64,000 nucleotides of DNA from Catajapyx aquilonaris (lineage: Eukaryota), in assembly GCA_000934665.2 (NCBI GenBank), contig JYFJ02000722.1, positions 1-64,000 on the forward strand, written 5' to 3'. The stretch's first letter is position 1, and every line of letters starts with the position of its first letter. The notes below the pieces were generated by a model, which worked only from the letters and a program-made list of their open reading frames with translations, made no database searches and was not told the DNA's origin. The position numbers were made by a program, and so were the translations under genes. Below, piece after piece: positions 13,297 through 25,200 of this stretch.

Positions 13297-14968
13297 ATGG
13301 CGGGCTTTACGGAGACGGCGCTGGAGAGGAAGCTGGCGGACCTCAACAACTCCCAGCAGAGTATTCAGACACTCTCTCTCTGGCTCATCCACCACAGGAA
13401 GCACAACCAGCCCATCGTCAATGTCTGGCACCGGGAGCTGATCAAAGGTATGTACCAGGTGTAGCTCACATTGGGGACCAGATGGTGTGACGCACACACT
13501 CATGTCAAAGCATGCGCTTGTGGCACTGGTGCACTTTTGGAAATGTGTGTGAGCCCTACTCTTCTCATCTGCAGCTAAAGAGAACCGGAAGCTAACCTTC
13601 ATGTATCTGGCCAATGATGTCATCCAGAACAGCAAAAAAAAGGGCCCAGAGTTTGGAGTTCAGTTCGGGAAAGTGATGCAGACAGCATTTGAGCACCTTG
13701 GTAGCCTGGGAGCGGATGAGAAGACGGCCAAGGGGATCCTCCGCTTGCTGCAGGTCTGGGAGGAAAGGGGGGTGTACGTCAGAAATCAGATTGCAGAGTT
13801 CAAGTCTGCATACACGACTGCAGCGTCCCGGAAGCAGAAGATAACGGCTGAAATCCGAGACAACAAGGGGGGAGGGAGAATGTTGGGAGGTGGGGGGCAA
13901 GTGCCTCTCGGTATTAGGGGTGCTGACGGGGAGCTCCTGGCCAAGAAGGCCAAGAAAGAACTTCCTCCTCCTGCAGCTAGGAAGCGGCCAGCAGGGGCAT
14001 CCCTGAAGGAAGGTAGACCAGTGGTCAAGAAGGAGCGGAAGCATCTAGAGACTGAGGTGGAAGTGGATGGAACCAAGGAGGTGCATGTCAAGTTGTCTCC
14101 ACAGCAGCCACCAGGTGATCCACCAGAGCCAGATGAGATTATCAAAGCATTACAGGTGAGGATGGAGTGATTTCTCAAACTCATTTCTTATCAGTATCTC
14201 TTAAAGACTGTCATCACCTTTGTTGCCATTGTTATTTGGCTTGGCTGGTAATAAAAACCTGAGATTGCATCACTCTGAACTGACTGTAACACCATCTTCA
14301 CTTGCAGGACTTGGAAAATTCAGCATCGGGTGATGCAGTAATTCGTGAGCGTATTGCCAGCCTTCCCCCTGAGGTGTCCGAGGTCTCTCTTCTCAGCAAG
14401 ATACAAGGGGACAGGAACAGCGCAGAGAAACTTTCCCTGCAGGTCTCGGATGCAGTGGAGCTGCTCACATCCTACAATAAACGCCTCCAGCAGGAGATGG
14501 AGGAGAGAAAGTGTGTCTCCAGGATGCTGCATGACTTTGTCCAGGCACAGAAGGACTTGCTTGCGCAGGCAGAAGACAGGCTAGAGGTCAGTTCTGTGGA
14601 TAGAAACCTAGTTTAGCCATACTTATTCGAAATCTGACGACATGTAAATCCGTCTTCCAGGGACATTTGTCCCCAAATTAATTTAAATTTTTCTGTTGTA
14701 ACTTTAAGAAATTTTTAGTCTTTTGCATAGCATTGTAATATTTCATAAGTATTATTGGACTCCTGTGTGATTCTGCATTCACTTGAAGTTACTGTTAACA
14801 TACCTACCATTACAGGAGTACAGAGAGAAGCTGAAGAAGGTTGAGCAGGTGCGGCAGGAACTGCAGTCACACCTGCAGAACCTCCCAGACCTGACAAAGT
14901 TGCCGAGTGTCACTGGGGGACTGGCGCCTCTGCCTTCTCCTGGCGACTTGTTCAACATCCAGACGTGA
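13297..14968 (+). CDS. RPRD1B: Regulation of nuclear pre-mRNA domain-containing protein 1B/1A-like (CID + CREPT coiled coil), 4 exons, ~387 aa
   Basis: MAGFTETALERKLADLNNSQQSIQTLSLWLIHHRKH...KLTFMYLANDVIQNSKKKGPEF is a CID domain. LQDLENSASGDAVIRERIASLPPEV and the C-terminal LPDLTKLPSVTGGLAPLPSPGDLF are also present. Exons 13297-13447, 13575-14155, 14308-14586, 14816-14968. Confidence 0.93.
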
Positions 14969-15729
14969 TCACAAAAAAGTTGGGCATGAAAGAACATAAT
15001 CTCAGATCTTTTTCAAACATTCAGTTAAAGATGTGTCCTTCCCCCCACCTTACTCCACACGTATCCGGAAACATATGGGCAGCCAGCGTCACAGTTGACT
15101 GGGGATTCCTTCCTCCTTAGGCATCTGTGTTATGCAATGATGGTGTGCAATTGGTGTATTTGATAAAAGTGTATATGCGGACATGAGTATGAGCGGATAA
15201 GTCAGTACATGACCTGTAGAACGGCAACTAATTTCTATCGGAATGATCCTAGCGTGATCACGGATCGAACTGGTCCCACCGTCATTTTTAAACAGTGGCA
15301 TTGAATTACAGTACTTTTCTTCGTTGTTTTATGTTGTTGATTGCTACAGTATTTTGCATAATAAAGTCTGTGTAGAGAACAATGGTGCCTTTTCTTAATT
15401 CCGAACTCTGCTTTTGAGAGCTTCCACACTTGAAACATAACTAAATGCGTGCCAGTTAATGGACAAGCTGATACTTTGTTCTGCAAAATACTGGAATATT
15501 TTCTAACTTGTGTACGTACATGTATACAGACAGTAGATTTGCTGATAGATGCTAAATCAAATAGGGGGAGAAAAAAATTAGCTACACAGATGTGCACAGC
15601 ATCCAAAAGTAGGATGTCGGATTTGAATTATTGTAAATGCAATGTATGATAAAAAATATACACATGCAATTGTTCTTGGCGTGTTTTTCTTGGTGTCATG
15701 AAGGGATGACCTTAATTTCCAAAGTCTTG

Positions 15730-15735
15730 TTTATT
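15730..15735 (-). terminator. Candidate polyadenylation signal (AATAAA, minus strand) ending a ~3.5-kb ZNRF 3'UTR
   Basis: TTTATT on the + strand at 15730-15735, at the end of a long non-coding stretch downstream of the ZNRF stop. It converges with the RPRD1B 3'UTR (AATAAA on + at ~15360). Confidence 0.4.
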
Positions 15736-18700
15736 TCTTGGCTACATTACAATCACAGCATGGATAAATTACACATTTCCCCTTCCTGAACTGTAGATAT
15801 ATATCCTTTTTTTCCTGTTACTGAATTTGTATAAAACGACAGCCCCAAACACCAAAATGAGAACTAGAGTGTAAATTTTTCCCTTCGTGTACTTTGTTCC
15901 TTTTTTTTTGGCAGCCAATTGGTTCTACAGTGAGATGGCAAAACAATAAGATGCACATGTTCTTAAAGTAACAATTCTACTTTACAACCTTTGTCAATCA
16001 CAGATGCAAAAGTTACAACCTATGTTTCCAGGTTTCTTGTGATTATGACCAGCATGTCACAAATGGGGAACCAGGAGGGGAGTGAATTCTTTTTTTTATT
16101 ATTATTTCTTTTAAATACCCAAAGTCAGTATTGTCTGCGAGTAACGTCCATGTCCCAACATTGCTAACTCACACTTCTTACGAAAACACATCCTTCGGCC
16201 AGAACCACCTTACAGCAAGAGGGTTTTTACTTCAGTTTGTGTAGGGGATGATGTGAAAAGCATTTCAAAAAGTTCCAACATATTAGTTGCCAAAAGAACA
16301 ACGTGACACCTTTTTTTTTCTTTCACTTTTCATTCCTCATGGATACAGTTAACATAAGACTAACAATACCTTCCCAACATCTCTCTAGTATTCTTTCTTT
16401 CAAACAGCCTGTTCACACGAACCACAACTCTTGTCAGTACGAACTTACAAATGTGGAACTTTTTTCTTTTTCTTCTTTTCTCTTTAACAATAACAAAGTG
16501 GGGGGGGGGAACAAATAGTGTAACCACATCCCTACATCTCTATACAAACCCTGCATTAAACCCCACAAATCCTACCACTTTGTATTTCAATAAATCCGAA
16601 ACTGGCTGCCTCAATTGGCCCTTTAAACTTAAAAAAATAACCAACAAAGAAACAACCAAGGGGGGAATTAGAAAGTCATAACTTACTGACCATCAAGTGA
16701 AGTAGATTCTGTCAGTCGCAAAGTCCATTTTGCGGAAGCTACCTTTGAAACAGACCAGATGTCACGCGGGAGGGGGGAGGGAAGGGGAGGGGGGGAATCA
16801 AGTATATCAAAGGCACAGTGACATCCTTTTTTTAAAAAAATTTAACTACCGACAAGTTCCACATGGCTTGAAATTAAGTTCTCCCAACTTAGGAAAAATG
16901 GCACGTGATTGGACGACACATTTGTTATGCAGAACAAATTCCCTACAAATTATCTCGCAAGCTTGTCTCATACCACAGTCACTCGTATCTATAAAACAGT
17001 GCATCAATTCCATAGTAACTGTGCTTAGCACTCCGCAAACCACAAATCAGTTCCTCTGCATCATGTTGTTCTGCACTCTGCATTACCAAGTATATGGCGT
17101 AAAAAGAATTAACATTATGTCCTGGACATGCAGGTTTCTAGAACACTTTCATCCTGTCCTGCTTTTGGCACTACTTGTCAAGTGAAACAAGTCCCATGGC
17201 AATGGAACCAAACAACTACATTTGCAAAAAAGTCCTACAAAAGACAACAGTGCGAGTCCCAATGTCCCTGAATAATTATCACTTGATAGCCAGCAAGTCT
17301 GCAATTGTTTGCACACACAGTGTGGGGGGAAAAAACATAACTGTTGCACTGTACATAATTTACAAAAAATGCAGAGGTGACAAAAAGCTGACAGATTTCA
17401 TGATCTCAAGTCTCTTAAATACTCAACAGCGATGAGCTTTTTTGTAATCCTTCAGAAAAAACTTCAAACTGAGCATATGTGGGTGGAGCAAGACTTCAGT
17501 CAAACGTTCTGTCACAGGTGCAGCTAAGCAAGTGAACAGCAAGTGGACCAAAAGTATGGGATGTACACTGACAAGGCTGGACGTCCCATGTGTTTAGAAA
17601 TGATCTTGACCACACCTGACACAAATGTAAGTAGCGTCTACAAAATGGTATGTGCATATTAGTGTCATTTCCCCCCAAAAAGGTTCCTTATGCTGTTATA
17701 GGCTACTAAGCTACAAGGTTGGATGAGCTGATGCCCAACATTGTCAAAACCTCCCATGTTATTTTAAAAAAGGGTACAGTACTAAATGGTTGTTGAAAAT
17801 TGGTACATGGTTATATTTTCTGAATTTTCTTTTTACATACAAAGTTGTACTGCACAAATATTGAAACACTGCTGTGTTAGGTGGTCAAGTTCGATTCCAA
17901 ATACTGCAGAATACCCTTCCTTGTCAGCGTATGTTTCAGGAAAGAAATTAATATGCATGGGAAGGTATTACTACCATGTAAATAATACCGTATTCAGAGG
18001 AGTTGCATGAACTTGTATGCTCTGTCCATTTTTGTTTAAGTACAGGTAATTTTAGAATTGGGCAGATATACACATACACAGCCCAAGTCTGTACTTTTGT
18101 TCTACTGCCTATTATGTGAGACTCATACTGCTGTGGAAATATAAATGAGGAACAATGAGAAAAAAAAAATCCTACAAAACCGGTTGGACCAATTACCTGA
18201 ACAAAATTGCTCCCGACTAGATATAGATCTGCCAAGTGAGACAGTTATAATCTTTTGCATTCATGCACATGTACAAACTCCACTGCAGGCCTGACCTAAC
18301 CAAATAAAATTGCAGTGTTGTTTCCTTGGGGGTGGGGTGGGGTGGGGGAGGGGACTGGGTCAAGTTCTCATCTAAAGGCAGCATATACAAAAAGCAGTCA
18401 AACTCATATATCAAAGGATGTATCAAAAATAGCCCTGTCCTGCAAAGTAGTATGGGGGGAACCCACCTCTCTTGGTCGTCTCCACCACTCGTCTGCCAGT
18501 GGACTCTACAGGGGGAAAAAACAACAAGGAGAGAAGAAGAGATCCTGCCCACCCTAACCCCGGGACAGAATCCTCTGCTACTTTCCTCTTACATGAGTCA
18601 TCCTGCATTTATGCGTGTACGTGCACGTGCCTGTGTGTATGAAAAGGCATGAGTGCATGTTCCCTCTGACATCCCCACACACAAGCACATGGAGTTCCTC

Positions 18701-19255
18701 TTCTTCCTCTTGCAGTAGGTTGTGAGCCAGAGTGAATCTTTGTTTGTCCATGGTCCTAGGAACTATCCCACACCTTTTAAGTTTGGGGCTCATGAGTTTT
18801 CTTTCCTTCATGTCAGTTGGTTGTTTCCAAGATTATGTGCTTCGTCACTGTTAAGTGCCTTTCACCGCTTCCTTGGACAGCACTTCAACACACAACCTTT
18901 CCTGGCTTGCTGTCCGATGCTAAAATATAGAAGTGATTACTAAAAGTCCACTACAAACCTAGCCAACCAACATGTGTTAACTGGCAGAGGAGTCACCCTC
19001 TGCATTTTCTCCAGTTATTTCAGTCCTCCGTAAGTCCGGAGTGAGCCCCCCACCCAAATGAACCACACACACCTTCAGTCTTGCACATTGAGTCACATTA
19101 TTTTGTGTCCTGTTTACTTCTTTGTAGGCTGGAGGGTAGGTTAACATGCTGTATGTGTATTTATGTCTGTTTGTTGGAGAAACATGGTAGGTGGATCAGT
19201 AAGTTTGGGTTTCTCAAAGTTGCTGCATTGAGAGATATCTACAGGCCCACTTGGG

Positions 19256-22200
19256 TTAGTCACCAGGATGTTCAGGACAGGAGCGGTTCACTTCAAACCA
19301 CCGGTCGATACAACTGAAAAAGTAAATTTTAAAATTTTAAAATCGTACCACCAACAATACATAATCTGAGATAGAGTTCATTTACGTATGTACAGTAGCA
19401 AGTGTGATTGCACAATACAAAATCTCTATTTAACTCAAATATAATTCATTTACCGGGTGTCTGGTATTCTGGTTTATTTTGATCTTTGACGTAACATTCA
19501 AGTGTCAATTTAGTGTCTTTAGCAGGCCCCAATCATGAGCATGAGGGGACAGAATGCTTACAATTAGGTCCTGCACTCAAGTTTTTCATTTCGCTATAGT
19601 ATTTCATTTCAATGTGCATAATTTTGAGGTGTAAGTCTAGAAGTGAAAGGAAAAATCTGTTATATTTAAACACATTCTTACAATAGAAGGAAACCACAAG
19701 TTCTCCTCGCATGGATGAATAGTCCATGAACTGAACTGGCTGTTTCCCAGCTAAGTAAGCCACGAGCCCCTCAGACATCAAATTGCTACTCATATTTAGC
19801 TGTAGAGAATGTCAGGCCACCGCTAGTGTAACATTTGTTTGTCTTTTCCCATAGAACTGTCCACCATTTCCACTTACCGGAATATAAAAATTCAATGAAT
19901 CCTGCTCGTTATTGAATTCAGAATATTTTTCAAAAATTATCGGGTCTCTCTGGAGGACTTTCAATGCTTTTGGTGCGTATATAATAGAAACCCATTCACA
20001 TACCGTACCAAAAATGTTCTCTGAATGGGGAAACTGTGCTCGAGGCAGGTATCACTGTGATTTTAACATGCGCTAACAACATAACATTAAATTACTTTTC
20101 CTATTCTGTAATTGTCTCTGTGCAAAGTGTACTAACCCATGAACAGTTTCCTGCTGAAAAAATTGCATAATACTTGCACTGACTTATTTTCCCTATTTTT
20201 CACACAGCACCATTTAGCAGACAATAGAGACTGCAATATATGCCCTTCTCCATCTGTATTTGAAGCAAATCCAAGCCCCCCAAAAATCATAATTATATCA
20301 GACACTGTATGGAAAAACCTTCCCTCTTATACCATCTGGTTTGGAAATTGCAATCTAAGGACAGTGGGAAACTTACCATGTACCTTTGGTAAAAATTAAA
20401 ACAATGCATTGGATATAGGACATTGCATTTGATTGGAACCTCCTATATACTTTCAAGAGCCCCTTTCTTTATGTCAGCTACTGTACTACACTGGGAGCAG
20501 TAGAGCAGCTATCCTGACTAATTCTCAACCATAAAGAAGACCTTAGAATGAATTACCTTTTGTGATAGATGCAAAGGCAGGGGAGGCGTGCGATGGTGTC
20601 TCCTTGTTGAAGATCTTCCAGGCAAATAACACATTCTCCCTTGTCATCTGTCAACACATCCTCTGCAAGAGATCCAGGTGAGCAATAAGAAAACAATGGT
20701 TGTCAATCTTCACATCATTTCATATTCTGCAATATCACTCTCTTCACCAGACAACTGCTGCCTTCCTCGATTGCTGGCACAATCGCATGTGCACATTCAA
20801 TAACCCCTCAAGAGCAAACAACTGACGAAAAGCCCCCTCATTTAGCCTATTCTTAGACTTTTCCCTGCACTATTGTTTCCTAGAAGTGTGCGTAGTCCGT
20901 ACCTGCCATGCCACTCTGCTTTTAATGAACCTAACTTTACACCAACTCCGCCCTCAAACTTTTATAGTGCTTCTGAAACACACCAAAAAATTTCCTAAAA
21001 ATTAAAACTTTGCTTTGACATATTTGATGCACCAGCTCACCAAGTGTGGAGCAGGGCACCCAGCAAAGCACCCTTTGAACCAGTTTATCATTCAGCCTGG
21101 GTGGATAACACATATCCAGTGTCAATGGCACATACAGACATGGCTAATGCGGGTTTGTGCCAAAACTGAGCGCATGCTACTTGCCCCAAGGCCGATCCTC
21201 TATATTTTCCAAATAAAAGCTGGCTATTGATTCGCACTTCTGGGAGCCACCCGGCATTAAGATAGTCCCCAGCTTTTGCAGGAGCCAACTTCGCAGATTA
21301 GTGCCCAGATTTAATTGCATTTTCCCAGCCCCATACAAACTTTGGGTTTATATACTCAAAACTTACCGTTATAAATGAGGCGAGGCTTCGTGAGGCACAT
21401 GACAAGGTGACACTCGATGTCATCTGGTAAGACAAATTTGGAGCACACGGGGCACTTGATCCCTGCAAAGAGAAAAAAAAATACAATATTTATTTTTTCA
21501 TTCAAATACTTCAGGTTCATGTCCACATCCTGCATATAAATCAATCCACCGGATGTATACAATTTGGGTGAATTCCGCTCTACCTCAACCTTCCAGCCTC
21601 CATAACATTTTTCGGGGAAATCCTGGCCCCAGTCCAAGACGGACACGTTGACCTGTCCGTGCGTCATTCTGGCCCAACAAAAATCCCAGTGCTTCGCCGC
21701 CTATTTTCGGGTTCCTGTGACTTGTCGATTCCACGAATAGGGAGGGCCCGAATGGGAAAAGAGCGGTTTGTACAACGACCTGGAGATTGCCAGAGATAAA
21801 AGACAGAAAAAAGAGGTCACGAATATGCCCAACAAGTTCAGCGACACGAGTATGTCCACCGACATGCTGACTTACCATGTCGGTATTGCAGTGAGACAAA
21901 TTCAGTGTACAGTGCAACGAACTGTTTGGAAGAAAAAAAAATCAAATACTTTTTTCGCTATCTTCCTAAAAATGGTGTTTAGTGTACCATCATGTGTATT
22001 TTCCCTGCAACTGGTATGACTGGTGCCATATTCGTGACTGTGTAGCTCACGAACTTTACCCGCCACTTTTTTCCTCTCGTATGGATGGATACCTCTCCTG
22101 CACAGCCCAATCTTCATATATGGCGACGTTTCAAATGATAACACAGTCCAATGTCCATCGGTCCAGTCGATATGTACATACCCTCAAGCACTCAAGTTAT

Positions 22201-25200
22201 TAATAATAATGCTTAAAAAATGGCATTAGGTCCGTAAAATATGAGCCGAAAATCAATGAGGCATTGTCTGCGTACCATTTGCATACGCACCGTGTACGCA
22301 GCTCAGGCAAAAAAGTAAGTGATCGATTCCTAGGGCCTCTAGGTTTCCCCATCAGTCTATCAAATATTTGCGTTTGCTTCGTCCTGTTCGGTTCCTTTTT
22401 ATGGGCGTAGGCAGAACTACGGTTAGGGTGGGGGTCGGGCAGGGTTGTTCACCATTCACTTCATATAACAGACCATGGCTAGTGTATGTCTGGGAGGGAA
22501 ATACTGCGAAATTAACGGGATTGGTGTTCATTTTGGCCATGACCACTAACGAAATCTATAAACACGGACGTAAATATATCGCTTTCTATACGACTCTTCC
22601 TCATCCTTTTTTGCAAGCACGCGATAACGTTAATCTAAGACTGCGCAAATGTGCCTATTTTTTTCACGCGTTTCCGCGCATAATATTTACACGTACACAA
22701 TCGCACTAAATAATTCACATATCAAGGCAGTAGGCGCTGGCCAAGAATATTCGACAGTATCGAGTAGAATTTCAATAGTCATTTGTTCTCATCGGAAAAT
22801 GGATTTGGTTATGCTGTGTGACGTTCAGTGTCTCGTAACTGGACTGCGCCATGCTTATAATGGCCCTATGGTTATATCGTGCCCGATTATCCCCATAACC
22901 CCTGCTAGTTCTCACTGACAATAATGAGGTTTTGCGACATAAGCCCTTGCAGCAAATGAATGTGGAGAATAGCGGATGTCCGTAATAAATTGCAAACTAG
23001 GCAGAGCGAACAAATTGAAAGGCCGAATTGTCACACCTGCCCATTGTACTCGTACATCCCGTTTCTGGTAGCGACATGTAAACATCAACGTGAAATTGTG
23101 CGGTCTTTTAAAAAAAATCCGATTTGTTTTTCCCATATGGAGAAAATCGTTAAAAAATCCAACGTCAACAACATATGGTATGGTCGAGACAGGAAGTCAG
23201 AAATGGCCAGAAAAATCACAAGGACCGTACATGGTGGGAAAGTCGCCATACCGCGCGCTCTTACAAATAACCAACCAACCCGTTCAAATCGTCGAACATC
23301 CGCTAAAAATACAAGCATTCCGGTATCTCGCAGCATACCGGCTGGAGAATGCAATACATGGTAATGCCTTGAAAGCCACGCGGAGAATTTGGGGGCGACT
23401 ATAAACATCACGGAGACAAATAGACAAACAGCGCAGGCAAAGCTTTATAGGCGTATAAATGTCATACGACCCTCTCCTGTTTTCGCATATCCTGTACAAA
23501 CACCAATAAAAGATTATACACAACTTGGCTGCACGTAGGCACCAGTTACACAAAAATATATTTGTCAATACGACTGTACGAATGCTACCAGGTTTATTAA
23601 TAGATATTCCATTTTACAGATATTGCCTGGGATTGGATCCAAAATGGCTGCGGGCTAGTAGCATTCGCCAATCTACATTAAACCCTCTGGAAATTTCTCT
23701 CTTCGTGTCATCACAAAATATGCGTACCGTAGAGCACGCGGCGGATGCGAGGGGGCTGCCCCGGTGCGTGCACAATCTCCGGCACCAGCAGGTGCGTGAA
23801 GGCAGCAACCGCATTCCCGTTGGTGTTGGGCACCGCAGGTCGTGGCACCAGCAGTGCCCTCCCGCCCACCCCTACCGACGAGGTGACCGACGGCACCGAC
23901 GCCCGACGCCCTTCCACCTGGGGCTGAACCGTCTCACCGCCGCCAACCACCGACACCCCGGAGCTTGATCCTCTTCTCATCGCCGCCGCCGCCGCCGCCG
24001 TCACCGACGACGACGACTCACTCCCCCCTCGCAGGCCCCCTTCCTAACACCAATGTCACATCACATCTACCATGCATTTTGTGGCATACTCACATTTAGA
24101 TATGCAAAAATACCCACGATTTTCCCGGAGTTTCCTGATTCGTGACGTGCACACAATAAATACCAGAAATTATGCAACTCCAGGCGGAATTTTATGAGCC
24201 AAACAGGTTACGTTCTACAAGGTTAGCTTTTACAGCGTCCATTCAGTGCGGTCAGCCGTAGCAATCAAAACATGGGACGGACAATCGGAGTTAACTTGAA
24301 GCTGGCCAGCTGTAAACCATGTTATACAGTGTGGACAAGGTCAGGAGAGAGGGGTTCTCGTCTTATATATAGCGCCCTATTAATCAAAGGGATCAACGAG
24401 GATCAGACCTGGCTTTGTCCGGGTGCATATGAAATATCCGGGAAAATACAGTAGGTACTAAGCCACACATGGTAGACGTTCGATGTAACACCATAACAAA
24501 AGCCATGGAAAACGTGGCGGAAAAGTCAATAATTTAAACACGCATCACTTGAACAGTTCCATAAAAGATACAAACATTCGGCTAATTTTAGCCGTTGCAT
24601 AAATCCCAGGTTGAGTACCGCCCCTGGCCTTAAACTGCCACGCAAAATGTGGTCCACGCCCAAATAGTCGCAAATTTGTACCGTCCCACCCTGAGGACAT
24701 TCGGTGCCAAAACGCCGTTTCATTTGCTTGCAAAATCGAAGCACCGATTTGGGGGCTTTGTAGCAAAGCGGCAATAATTAAGCGACGGAATCGATTGTGA
24801 ATTTCCCGGAACCCTCTTCACAGCAAGATTGTCACAATGCAAGTGCCATTTCCGACACATCCAAGTTTCGAATTCAGACCTAAGTAACAGTGGTTCCTTT
24901 TTTAAAACATGAAAAACTGCCAGATCGATTCTCGGATATCATTGGAACCTGGAACAAAAGGCTGTGAGGTACTTTCGGCACAGAACTTGTGATTTCATTA
25001 CTTCCGCTACAGCAGGCAAAATAATGCGGTCCATAACCAAACGTATTTTTTGCCGAATTTCGTGACAATTTCAGAGCTGGACTTTCAAGGTTGATAATTT
25101 TTTTGTGTGGACCGCAATGGTATGATTTATGAATGGCTAGGCATGAAGTCGAAGGCACGCGAGGCTAAGTTATGACATGCACCCATTAAACTTTATGCAG

